Part shown: positions 19,701 through 27,481 of the stretch, piece after piece
How positions within the stretch are numbered: the stretch's first letter is position 1
Layout: every line of letters starts with the position of its first letter
Source: an uncultured Lachnospiraceae bacterium
GTDB lineage: Bacteria; Bacillota; Clostridia; Oscillospirales; CAG-272
Direction of reading: 5' to 3'
Assembly (NCBI GenBank): GCA_964403505.1
Contig: CAYOFP010000001.1
Span: 70,548-134,547, forward strand
DNA length: 64,000 nt
The notes under the pieces: generated by a model
Seen by the model: only the letters and a program-made list of their open reading frames with translations
The model's database searches: none
What the model was told of the DNA's origin: nothing
Program-made: the position numbers and the translations under genes

Positions 19701-22700
19701 CTGAACGACCGGGTAAGGCAGGCACGTGCCGAAGGCAGGCAGGCAGTGCAGAACGAACGCGGGCACAGGCAGGCAGCAATACGTCTGATGGCAGAACACT
19801 ATGCACAAATGACCGAAAAGGCACGCGAGCGACGCAAGCAAAGCGAAACGCGTGCAAAGATCGACCGACTGATGAATCAGATGAACGCACGACTTTTCAG
19901 ACCGACAAAGGAAAAGTATGTTCCTCAGAATATGCAATGCGCGATCATCGGAGTCCTGGAAGCGGCAAACCGCTTTGACGGCAATCGGTCTGAGCGACTC
20001 GCAAAATATGATCGCATGATCGCCGTAGCTGATCCTGAACAGCGCGAGCAGCTCGCAAGGATCCGTTCGGTCGTCGCCGAAGGAGGACAGAGCATAGGAG
20101 ACGCGATCAGCGCAGTCAGGCAGATGTATGACGCATACGCCGCAGGAGAAAACAGCGCACAAAGCGCAGCATACGATCCGCTCGTATCAAGAATGCTCGA
20201 GAGGGCTGAACAGGAACTGAAGGGAGCAAATGCAAACGATCTGAGTGCGGCACAGCTCGACACGCTATGGCGTGCGCTCAAAGCGACCGATCAGGTCGTA
20301 CGGGATGCGGTCAAGCTCAAAGGCAGTCGAATCAAAAAGGATGTTTATGAGGCAGGACGGGCGCTCATCGCCGAAACAAGGGCGATAAAAGGCTCGAAAA
20401 ACGGAATCGCATCATCGTTTCTGCAATCGATGCTCTCGCCTCGCTCATTTTTCGAGAGGTTGGGCGGATTCGCAAAAAACTCGTTGTGGGTCGCAATGTA
20501 TGATGACTTAAACGACGCACAGAGAGAAATGCTGAATATCAGAATGCAGGGGACGATGCTCTTTAACGACCTGATTACGGGAAAGGAAAATGCCGAGGCG
20601 CTTCGCAGGATGGTAAGCGAAAAGCATGCCGTCGACATCGGTCTGACTGACGCTGAAGGCGAGGCGATCAAGCTCACGCACGATCAGCTGATAGCGCTTT
20701 ACCTACATATGCAGAGCGATGACAACCTGCGCCATATGGAGTCCGGCGGCATCAGCATCCGCACAAAGAACGGGAAGATCCGTGCGGTCGGTGTGGGACA
20801 GAAGCTGGTCGAGGCAAATAATGCGATCCACGACGCACGTGCGCGAATCTCCGCCGCAGAGTGGCAGACGGGCACTGAGCAATGGCAGCACATGAGCGAC
20901 GAGCAAAAGCGTCCGATCCTCGATGAGTGGCAGGCGGCAAGAGAACAGCTCGAGCAGGCGGAACAGGAGACGAACCGTATCCGTGAGGAGCACATCGCAG
21001 GCCTCGAGGGGATGCGCGAAAAGATCGAGGCGGCGCTGACCGACTACGACCGGGAATGGATCAGTGCGGCGCAGGAATTTTTCCGTTACAGTGCATCGCT
21101 GATCGACGAGACAACCTACGACCGATACGGTTTCCACCGTGATCTCATCGAGAATTATTTCCCGATCCTGACTGATACGGACTATAACAAAACAGAGCTT
21201 GAAAGCTTCGGGAGCGAGATCACCCTCGACGGGCTCGGATTCCTTAAGGACCGTGTGACCTCGTACAATCCGCTCGTCCTCTCCGGCGTGACGGATACGG
21301 TCAGCCGTCATCTCGACGGAATCGCAAAGTATGCAGGAATGTCGGGAGCACTCGACAATTTCAAAAAAGTATACAACATGATCGATTCGGGTTATTCCGA
21401 CAGCGTGAAAAATGCGGTCAACGATGTTTTCGGCAATCGCAACGGCGGTGCGTACCTCGAAAAGATCATAAAAGACATGATCGGGGCGACGGGCGGTGAC
21501 GCAACGCTGGGCAAGCAGATCGCAGGGATCCTGCGAGGCGGACTTGCTAAATCGGCGCTGATACTCAATCCACGGGTTGCACTCTTACAGACTGCTTCCT
21601 ATCCGACGGCTGCTGCCGAGCTCGGATGGAGACCGCTCGCCCGTGCGCTTGCACGCAAAGACGGCGACAGTCTGCCGGTATTCAGCCGTGCGGATCAGGA
21701 GCTGATCGCAAAATACTCGCCGCTTTTATGGTACCGATTACAGGGATACACGACCGAAAGGCTCGACGGTCTTTCGGGAAAAGCGAAAGTAAGCACAAAG
21801 ATAAAAGACAACACCGTCATAAAGAAAGGCCTGCTCGGTTGGATCAATGCGATGGATGCGGCAACGGTCGGCAGGCTGTGGTATGCGGCGCAGTATTATG
21901 TCGACGAGCAGTTTGGGTATCTTGAGCATGGAAGCGAGGAATGGTATGAGCAGGTAGCACAGGCGTTTAACCGCACGGTCGAACGCACACAGCCGAACTA
22001 TACTACACTGCAACGCACGGCGATCGCACGGTCGCAAAACGAATTTGTAAAGTCGATCGCTATGTTTACGACACAGAGGCTGCAAAACTTCAATATCGCA
22101 TACTCTGCGGCGGCACGGCTGATGCGATATCAGCACGATTTCGGAAAAGGGTGCGGAGGCGTGACGAAAACAGATCTACGTAATGCACGCACCGCACTTA
22201 AAAACTCGCTTTCTTCCCTTATCGTGGCAGGCGTAGATATCGCAGTTTCACGGGTGCTGGTGCAGGCGTTACTTCACAACCTCAAAGCATACCGTGACGA
22301 TGACGACGAGCTGAGCGCACAAAGCGTCGCCGTCGGAACAGCGATGTATTTCAGTGAGAGTATGGCGAGCAATGTGCTTTTCGGAAGCGAAATATACCGA
22401 ATGATAGAAGCGTGTATTACGGGCGGTAAGTACTATACGACCGAGCTATCCGGAATCGGGACGGCTTTTGATATCGCCGGAGATATGGTTCAAAGCGTAC
22501 AAAATCTTATCAAAGGTGTTAAAAAAACTGATGAGGAGTCGGCTGACGATAGATGGGAAGGTGCTGTCAAGAGCGCAAAGAAGCTCGTCGGAGATCTATG
22601 CATCGCTTTCGGCATCCCTGCCCGCAATGTCGGCATGATCGTCGGTGCGGTCGGCGGACATATGAACAGTATAAAGGAAATCGCTTACGGCACTATCGAC

Positions 22701-23435
22701 GGAAAGTGGAAAAAATACTTTGACGACGACCTCGGGACACTCTCCTATGCACAAAAGGTAAAACAAATCGATGTACGCGAGGACGACCCGGAAGAGGTCG
22801 CACGCAAACTGCGTGAGCTGTATGACGGTGCATCGGATGAAGATGAGCGTAACGATATTGAGGAGGCAATCTTAAAGTACTTCCGCAAGAAGTGGGAGAA
22901 AGAGCCGGCTGGGCGGAATGAGTACTTTACCACATTGCACCGCACGGGGTTATGGGGTGAATCCTTCCTCAACGGAAAATTCCGTGAATGGGAGTACAAA
23001 AAGGACACAGGCGAGAAATCGTTCGGCGAATCGACAGACATATACAAGGCCATCCGAGACGGCGGAGATATAGATGCGGCGATCGAGGAATACAAGACAT
23101 TTATTCCTCAAACGGGCGACGAAGCCGAGAAGAAGGTGCATGAGACGGTAAGGAAACAAGTCGGCAAGAATCTGACAGACGGCAAGCTCGATGAGGACAC
23201 TGCGCTTTCCCTGCTCACGCAATATGCAGGTCAAAAACCGTCCGAGGCGGCAAAGACCATCGCAGGATTTAACAAATCGGCCGATCAGGCACGCATCAAA
23301 GAGCGATTCATGAATGGAGAGCTTGACTATGATGGTGCGGTCGACGCCCTGCGTGATATCGGAGATACACGCAAGGATGCAGAGAAGTGTGTCGACGGAT
23401 GGCAGGACGAGTGGAAAGATTATTTCCACGAATAA
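13746..23435 (+). CDS. Giant (3229 aa) multidomain phage protein; candidate virion-packaged polyvalent or ejection protein with an HExxH metallopeptidase motif
   Basis: A single uninterrupted ORF with RBS GGAGG. Gly/Ala/Ser-rich hydrophobic segments map to ~15075-15870. HEMFH is at 17082-17096 in the context RIVLGMDID...TMGHEMFHY. Two compact domains lie at ~17686-18090 and ~18390-18715. The long C-terminal half is helical. Confidence 0.8.
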   Translation: MNAIDKYLEKKKEMSEIIGGAMQRHADEALSSGFDSLGAEYDKLYKAHQAAENTWTSAEDFNALAKSRTDFVGRVEELKKWLPHSSYGKDKQNELYANLDSIKKAVDDSRTTPRGNVSRGNNSLASLAESRQAYYSGYKDADDYAKWSAVEGGSLEDIQKFIDDAKAEGRGDKIDTYKMQGDDYTITRPGEGEYLRQADIDRAQKIFDGKKYTQSVDGKTLTEIYENAYANFENDHGEYSYLSDAAAGLERSAQEYESANEWLNAKKAELEQKRNALQSELDSITLHDNVNGHVFTYYSEENKQRGKKLESDISQVDHQIEAVGADIENISESSHVTEWNAEYNALPEDARFLIDYLANSQDNPFVVYDIEDASRASEMVGKEFPNINDIAEYLTDTGVVSGGSEDEIARSVQDLVKRRNKINHMTSSKEAAEKHAESAKEHPVLTSLASIPTSLVSGIAAMPEVIRGTIEGGKGYEYGVDRYSPAFAPTRYTQTVRGTVGAGIDSEAGKFLYQTTMSALDSAAAMTVGMGVGAAFGAASGASSAVTNKIISGTTNFIMSSSAGANAIYEGLEKGYSSEKAVTLGIISGVIEAASETFSIEAILNSAGNDAFWKTVAKSFAAEGSEEVVSNWGNKIVDAIANKSQAEIYQSILSYQDAGESSGQALAHAIFDSLGEDAAAFLAGGLSGAAMGSAAQLGNIAGEHIGNAIDTHRLSRSALDNDGGVRLVEAALELPEGNTARKAAEKYSDGNKNVSKHDAAVMMREVNRNLRKQISAQTESAAKQVIADELSERYGITESDKLSDMMETAYRALTGQELSPDERALYEQSEQIREIVQDMQGDPDGKFARFFTETTTDAAISATEQAMQTRETIAGVESGSTKALGSIVRPYIGKGNQKVVRGTKITAINADGTFEMSTVDNKGADAGTVTISTADLSSKVRSIYDTVIESTDNANIANAIIQAAATDRRVVAQISPELVSAVSDIARCGFSLSDSGIAMLAGVNTASWERADNTLKQAIYSATKKGNSDVGAVYSSVTREDVVQAYAASDKLGTKHAANAMLRLIERTAERYGVQVVFADLANGYKGGHIAGTNRIVLGMDIDAGLLTRTMGHEMFHYLKGLNGALSGQLQSDVITWLKDTGKYDAVYAQFEENYSEETAHLSEAKKRAYLEEEIAADSCFDALSNERFLGDFYVQTAQKKNGAEFLQKLADFFTSLSQMLRDAVANFTQRYKSNELIKALSQDADMLEHINEKFRELLASAKSAENEKSAANAQREETIRFSRMNEKSFEENVDAVLEASDAYAKQHKGDFVRVMEHTPAVILDHVEDAADLEVIIQYHSLYLETRHEGVLEGNYHNLGREIAKNLPQYISDPDTIVRMDNDRLNLFATIQDQKKNIRIVSVEMNTVLDINSKYRKYNLVLTVFPAKANYVSNIIAKHGVKVEYEKEGLAQVNPQLHKSLGIVNAKPSTDSISDSGQDVNTSGQENSGNVRYQMSADKYSYDELVSKPDMHVTQISDRNIPEPSNLARKGIVSHALENAEKVGKRREDGNISIHVNDTDSDVILSRKGLEHGLDRRFSVNAPVTLQAGKILQNAIRINEMNPKKKTATGSSIFIGMAKNTKNEPYVVRFVVNEFSGEVEDVNVLYALNAKKEPGALLPPVTKNSAPDTDSTISISDLLDFVNRYFPDILPESVLQHYGYTARPDGVLGKSVRYQKSADSAQEAEIRKLRQDYELTKLQNDLIRSKLKVWEHKVPSPKALRRYMNDVMQRYGVQYDDAGKLQAFEKLTEFYGYLVRSKTPNMVIVQDMAFDLARDMIANSAELEKTPYDSVEREFRRTLRETGVQITEAQKREIINTYGTMTNFRRESGGMIRINSNSKLFVADIIEEARSIYDIKTDHEDEFLVELLPYMKASADAARGVWVDPYNGDAQIEHMAAMDLAATLLDALYDPNIVPVRKTVTDIEAEKRYRALMQQYNYYEKRIGKLNDRVRQARAEGRQAVQNERGHRQAAIRLMAEHYAQMTEKARERRKQSETRAKIDRLMNQMNARLFRPTKEKYVPQNMQCAIIGVLEAANRFDGNRSERLAKYDRMIAVADPEQREQLARIRSVVAEGGQSIGDAISAVRQMYDAYAAGENSAQSAAYDPLVSRMLERAEQELKGANANDLSAAQLDTLWRALKATDQVVRDAVKLKGSRIKKDVYEAGRALIAETRAIKGSKNGIASSFLQSMLSPRSFFERLGGFAKNSLWVAMYDDLNDAQREMLNIRMQGTMLFNDLITGKENAEALRRMVSEKHAVDIGLTDAEGEAIKLTHDQLIALYLHMQSDDNLRHMESGGISIRTKNGKIRAVGVGQKLVEANNAIHDARARISAAEWQTGTEQWQHMSDEQKRPILDEWQAAREQLEQAEQETNRIREEHIAGLEGMREKIEAALTDYDREWISAAQEFFRYSASLIDETTYDRYGFHRDLIENYFPILTDTDYNKTELESFGSEITLDGLGFLKDRVTSYNPLVLSGVTDTVSRHLDGIAKYAGMSGALDNFKKVYNMIDSGYSDSVKNAVNDVFGNRNGGAYLEKIIKDMIGATGGDATLGKQIAGILRGGLAKSALILNPRVALLQTASYPTAAAELGWRPLARALARKDGDSLPVFSRADQELIAKYSPLLWYRLQGYTTERLDGLSGKAKVSTKIKDNTVIKKGLLGWINAMDAATVGRLWYAAQYYVDEQFGYLEHGSEEWYEQVAQAFNRTVERTQPNYTTLQRTAIARSQNEFVKSIAMFTTQRLQNFNIAYSAAARLMRYQHDFGKGCGGVTKTDLRNARTALKNSLSSLIVAGVDIAVSRVLVQALLHNLKAYRDDDDELSAQSVAVGTAMYFSESMASNVLFGSEIYRMIEACITGGKYYTTELSGIGTAFDIAGDMVQSVQNLIKGVKKTDEESADDRWEGAVKSAKKLVGDLCIAFGIPARNVGMIVGAVGGHMNSIKEIAYGTIDGKWKKYFDDDLGTLSYAQKVKQIDVREDDPEEVARKLRELYDGASDEDERNDIEEAILKYFRKKWEKEPAGRNEYFTTLHRTGLWGESFLNGKFREWEYKKDTGEKSFGESTDIYKAIRDGGDIDAAIEEYKTFIPQTGDEAEKKVHETVRKQVGKNLTDGKLDEDTALSLLTQYAGQKPSEAAKTIAGFNKSADQARIKERFMNGELDYDGAVDALRDIGDTRKDAEKCVDGWQDEWKDYFHE

Positions 23436-23443
23436 AAAAGTAC

Positions 23444-23479
23444 AAAAAACCAACCGGGCAATCGTCCGGTTGGTTTTTA
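23444..23479. terminator. Bidirectional hairpin terminator
   Basis: Stem AACCAACCGG / CCGGTTGGTT (10 bp), flanked by an A-run and a T-run. It lies between the convergent giant ORF and the GNAT gene. Confidence 0.75.
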
Positions 23480-23483
23480 TGTA

Positions 23484-24035
23484 CTATATTAATTTTGTGT
23501 ATTGATTGTGTGTTCCGTCGTTTTGCAAGAAGCTAAACCCGTAACCCTCATAAAACCCTCGGATTTTTTCCTCGTCGCCACATTCGACTAACGCTACTTT
23601 ACATGGAAGCATAGCGTCTATTTCGCGTATGACTTCAAATGCAAAATCAAGAATTTCCGTTCCTTTTAAATCGGAACGAATATATTTGCCATCTTTTAAT
23701 TCGACGCGCTTTCCGAGCTGACCGATCAATACAAAGTTTATGGTTTCCGCTTTGCTGTTTCCGCTCGTGAATTTTTTAACTTTGCTACGACTGATTTGTT
23801 CTGCGACAAGACTCTTTGAAGATAATGTAAAGTACCCTTCGATTTTAAGCTCATCGCGACGAAACGACTCTTCATTTAACAATAAATATACATGACAAAG
23901 CTTTCTTTTGATGAAATCCTCTGCCTTGTCCTGCAAAAACATTTCGATATCTTTATCCTGCGCACATCGAAACGAAGAAAGAGCCGCCCTCAATACATCG
24001 TTAAAAACGGTATCTTTTGCGGCTCTCGAAAACAT
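23484..24035 (-). CDS. GNAT acetyltransferase of the toxin type (TacT/KacT-like)
   Basis: N-terminal FRCAQDKDIEMFLQDKA matches the F-x-C-G...L-x-x-FL signature of GNAT toxins. The C-terminal ALVECGDEEKIRGFYEGYGFSFL is a GNAT core. Confidence 0.65.
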   Translation of the reverse strand: MFSRAAKDTVFNDVLRAALSSFRCAQDKDIEMFLQDKAEDFIKRKLCHVYLLLNEESFRRDELKIEGYFTLSSKSLVAEQISRSKVKKFTSGNSKAETINFVLIGQLGKRVELKDGKYIRSDLKGTEILDFAFEVIREIDAMLPCKVALVECGDEEKIRGFYEGYGFSFLQNDGTHNQYTKLI

Positions 24036-24040
24036 ATCGC

Positions 24041-24208
24041 TCAGTGGGACAAGAACTTCTTTAATCCTTCTCGCCCCCTACTTAAAGAAGATGATTTTTT
24101 ATTAACAACCGTTTTTCTTTCCGGCGCATTATCTAATTCTTTTTTGAGCTTACGGAATGTCTTCTCGTCTTTTATGATAAATTGTTTTGTAATAGACGAC
24201 GTTGCCAT
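24041..24208 (-). CDS. Small basic protein upstream of the GNAT gene (candidate antitoxin, non-canonical)
   Basis: 55 aa from the ATG at 24208, 8 nt after AAGGAGGTG. Its stop is 5 nt before the GNAT start. No clear DUF1778/RHH signature was seen. Confidence 0.5.
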   Translation of the reverse strand: MATSSITKQFIIKDEKTFRKLKKELDNAPERKTVVNKKSSSLSRGREGLKKFLSH

Positions 24209-24238
24209 AATTACACCTCCTTGCTTATCTGTACTATT

Positions 24239-24267
24239 ATTATACACAAAGCGAGCACTTATGTCAA
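24239..24267 (-). promoter_or_regulatory. Sigma-A consensus promoter of the GNAT cassette
   Basis: On the minus strand: TTGACA (24262-24267), 17 nt, TATAAT (24239-24244). Confidence 0.7.
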
Positions 24268-24301
24268 TATTTTTTTATTTAGGCTGTTTTTTATAGTCAT
24301 A

Positions 24302-24335
24302 GGGTTAGAAATAACCCCTGCCCTTTTGTTATACT
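24302..24335 (+). promoter_or_regulatory. Phage promoter-like motif P4 (GGGTTAGA-N20-TGt-TATACT)
   Basis: GGGTTAGA at 24302-24309, 20 nt, then TATACT at 24330-24335. It lies 26 nt upstream of the fibre block. Confidence 0.6.
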
Positions 24336-24361
24336 GAGAAAAACAACAAGGAGAGGGAAAA

Positions 24362-26176
24362 ATGACGGCACAACTCAAATATAACTTAGACATTACACGC
24401 ACGGGCGTGCAGGCGAATATCGACGCTTACCAGGGCGACACCGCCTCCCGTGCGATCACGTTTACGCTCTCGAACGGAACACAACGCTTTGACTGCCCGG
24501 ACGATATGATCGCAGTGCTGTATGCACTAAAGCCGGACGGCACAAAAATAATGAACCGGTGCGAAATAAAGGACGGCGGGATTTACGTAATTCTGACGAC
24601 ACAATTTACGAAAATGGCAGGGACGGTACGCTGTCAGATCGTGCTTTACAGCGGAACTGAGACGATCGCCGCCCCGGAGTTTAACCTTCTTGTGAGAGCC
24701 TCCGGAGCGTTTCCAATCTATGAAGTACTGACCGAATGCCCGGATGACTGGTCCGACAACTACGGCGTGTACTATACCAAGAACGACGGAGGAGTATACC
24801 GAAATATTGAGGGCGAGAGTGCGCCCGAGTGGGCGAGCGGCAAATACTACCGTCTTTCAAATCCGAGTGCGGAATCGGAGAATGAATACGGCGCTCTGAT
24901 CACGGCGCTCCGCCAGGCGGAAGAAGCGCTCGGACATGCGATCTCCGCCGAAGCCGCAAGCGAAGTACTCCGGAATGCAACAAAGGGCGAAAAGAATCGG
25001 CTCATTATTTCGGACGGCGACGGATCTCTGTCTTTCTCGGAATGGAGCACAGACAAACTCGATGCTCTGAAAAACGAGGATTATCAAAAGCTGTTTCTCG
25101 GTTTCAGCGACAGACCAGAGAGCTTTGACGAACGAAAGATAATTTCCCTACGCCCCGTGGAGGATGAATATGCAGTTGATATCATAGAGTTCAGCGCACC
25201 CGTGAATCAGGTCGTATACGGTCCCGTCAGAAAATTCGACCACTACGACGGCGAATATCTCTCCCCGGTTTACGGCAGTGAAGAGTACTATATCGACACC
25301 GATCCGGAAACGGTCGACCCGACAGTCGACCCGCTTACCGAACCGATTCACATTTATCGGTTTATTCCTCTCGACGGAGAAATCTATGAGCGTGTGCTTT
25401 GCCATACAACATATGTAAATTTTCCAACCACGGCTTCTAATCTGTGGGACGGATACAGCGCACTGCGTAATTATGAATCGCATGAATTTCTATACAGCGA
25501 AAAGTATCTGACAACTACGGTATACGACCCGGCTCAGAATAAGACGGCCGGTGATGCATTGCTTAAAATAGATAGAAAAATCAATGACCTTGAAAATCAG
25601 TTAGCAGACTTTACATGCGAACATGCTAAAATTTCAGTATTTAGTATAAACCATACCGTTTTAGAAAAAGGAGTGCAAAAAGACATACTTATCAGCGTTC
25701 AGACGGATAAAACCGTTAGCTCCATTGTACTTTTGAAAAATAATGTAGCGATGCATGAGGTAGTAAACGATAGTCACCTGGAAGCGGTCGGGAACGGCAT
25801 ATCGTCTGATACTACGTTCAAGGTTATAGCAACAGACGAACGGGGACATAAAATCACCGAGTCCAAATCATTATATTTTTACAACGGTGTGTATACGGGT
25901 GTCGGAAACGACGGTTCTAACATTTCGGATCTGTCAAAAACACTTCAGGGAAACAGAAACAAAAACTTTACGGTTACGGCCGGAGACGGCGAGTATATTT
26001 ATTACGCTTGTCCGACAAGATACGGAACGCCAGTATTCAAGGTCGGCGGTTTTGAGGGTGGCTTTGAGCTTGTTTCTTCGGGAGATTTTACAAATGCGAG
26101 CGGCTATACCGAGCCCTATCAGTTATGGCGAAGCACAAATGCAAATCTCGGGACGATAACCGTGAATGTGACTTGA
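24362..26176 (+). CDS. BppU-like baseplate or receptor-binding fibre protein
   Basis: The N-terminal ~110 aa (LDITRTGVQANIDAYQGDTASRAITFTL...PEFNLLV) resemble the BppU N-terminal domain. 604 aa. Confidence 0.6.
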   Translation: MTAQLKYNLDITRTGVQANIDAYQGDTASRAITFTLSNGTQRFDCPDDMIAVLYALKPDGTKIMNRCEIKDGGIYVILTTQFTKMAGTVRCQIVLYSGTETIAAPEFNLLVRASGAFPIYEVLTECPDDWSDNYGVYYTKNDGGVYRNIEGESAPEWASGKYYRLSNPSAESENEYGALITALRQAEEALGHAISAEAASEVLRNATKGEKNRLIISDGDGSLSFSEWSTDKLDALKNEDYQKLFLGFSDRPESFDERKIISLRPVEDEYAVDIIEFSAPVNQVVYGPVRKFDHYDGEYLSPVYGSEEYYIDTDPETVDPTVDPLTEPIHIYRFIPLDGEIYERVLCHTTYVNFPTTASNLWDGYSALRNYESHEFLYSEKYLTTTVYDPAQNKTAGDALLKIDRKINDLENQLADFTCEHAKISVFSINHTVLEKGVQKDILISVQTDKTVSSIVLLKNNVAMHEVVNDSHLEAVGNGISSDTTFKVIATDERGHKITESKSLYFYNGVYTGVGNDGSNISDLSKTLQGNRNKNFTVTAGDGEYIYYACPTRYGTPVFKVGGFEGGFELVSSGDFTNASGYTEPYQLWRSTNANLGTITVNVT

Positions 26177-26192
26177 TGGGAGGTGATGAGAG

Positions 26193-26393
26193 ATGGCAAT
26201 AAATTTTATTGATAAAATAAAGCCTGCAAACGACGGAAGCTTTCCCCTGGTGGATGCGGTCGACATTGTGCTTCCAGACGGCAGCAGGCTGTCAGAACAG
26301 CCGATCGTGCGGGTAGTGTATGAGCTACCACCTGACGCGGCAGACCACAAGAATATTATGTACGTTGTAATTGAGGACGGTGATGCCCTTTGA
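26193..26393 (+). CDS. Small phage protein
   Basis: 66 aa, packed tightly in the fibre block. Confidence 0.4.
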   Translation: MAINFIDKIKPANDGSFPLVDAVDIVLPDGSRLSEQPIVRVVYELPPDAADHKNIMYVVIEDGDAL

Positions 26394-27460
26394 TTTGTCT
26401 TAGAATGGCTATTAAAGGAATCTATATCGGAGACAAATCTTCTAAAATCTATATCGGTGATAAGCTCGTTTGGAGCTCTACAATACCCGAGATGTGTGAA
26501 GCATCGCTCCTGTTTGCGCCGTTCCCTATAGCGGAGTGCACAGAGGGCGGCGGAGAATTACATGGAAGCCATGCTCTCGGCGCGGGAACAGTGGAAGCTT
26601 CTCCGTATCTGCGCATCATAGCTCCGGGACTTGCGGTAAACCCGTTTGCAGGCGGTATTGCAAACGAAGCAAAACCTGAAGTTGTCCCCTCCGATATCGG
26701 AAGGGGTGTAAGTGTTTTCATCCTATCGAGTGGAGCCCGGGCAGATACTCATCTCGGCGAAACGGGCAAAGCAATATCGCTATATGCTCCTGTGTCTGAA
26801 TTAAAGCCTGAATTGAGTGAGGGTGAAGTATCTACCGTTGAGCATTCAGGCATGATGGTATTTATAGTTCCTGCTGTGTCTGCACGGGGTGAAGTGCCGA
26901 CAACCGAACATATAGGCGGTGGAATACATAATGCAAATCTGCTCTGCGCAGACAGTGCGGAAGAAAATGCAAAAACTATATTTCTTCCGTTCGGTCTCAT
27001 GAAATTGAGTGATGCTGAAGGAGCAATAAAAGGTGTAGTAACTTTCCCTCCGCACGTGGCCGAGGCAGACCCTGCAAAAGCCACGGGAGAGCTGTACAAG
27101 TCTTTAACGTGCCGCTCTCTTACGCCATCGGCAGAGCTCATGTATCTTATAGCCGGGATCAAAGAAGTATCGACAGAATATATGATACTTTCAGCTTACT
27201 CTGCGGTTGAAATGCGTAAGGGACAACCTTCGGTTATCGGATGTGCAGAACATTACGGTATGAGCGCAGGGGACGCTTTTGCGTCATACGGTGAGACGGC
27301 ATCGAAAGAAACATCATCAATATGCATGGGAATGTGTTCGGCATCCATGACGACTGAAATATATACCGAACCAACACAAACGGATTTTGACACGACACTG
27401 ATCGCATACATGGACGGACTTACCGTTTCGGACATAGATGCGGTGGCAATAAAAAATTAA
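26390..27460 (+). CDS. Phage protein in the fibre block (unknown)
   Basis: The TTG start overlaps the upstream TGA; an alternative ATG is at 26405. 351-356 aa. Confidence 0.4.
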   Translation: MICLRMAIKGIYIGDKSSKIYIGDKLVWSSTIPEMCEASLLFAPFPIAECTEGGGELHGSHALGAGTVEASPYLRIIAPGLAVNPFAGGIANEAKPEVVPSDIGRGVSVFILSSGARADTHLGETGKAISLYAPVSELKPELSEGEVSTVEHSGMMVFIVPAVSARGEVPTTEHIGGGIHNANLLCADSAEENAKTIFLPFGLMKLSDAEGAIKGVVTFPPHVAEADPAKATGELYKSLTCRSLTPSAELMYLIAGIKEVSTEYMILSAYSAVEMRKGQPSVIGCAEHYGMSAGDAFASYGETASKETSSICMGMCSASMTTEIYTEPTQTDFDTTLIAYMDGLTVSDIDAVAIKN

Positions 27461-27481
27461 AACATAAGGAGAAAAACAATT

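Noticed and set aside
13746-23435. The giant ORF could be a tape-measure protein.
   Set aside because: At 3229 aa it would imply an implausibly long tail, and no tail tube or chaperone genes accompany it. It contains an HExxH motif and compact globular modules rather than uniform helical repeats. Some tape-measure-like hydrophobic Gly-rich segments do exist, so this is not fully excluded.
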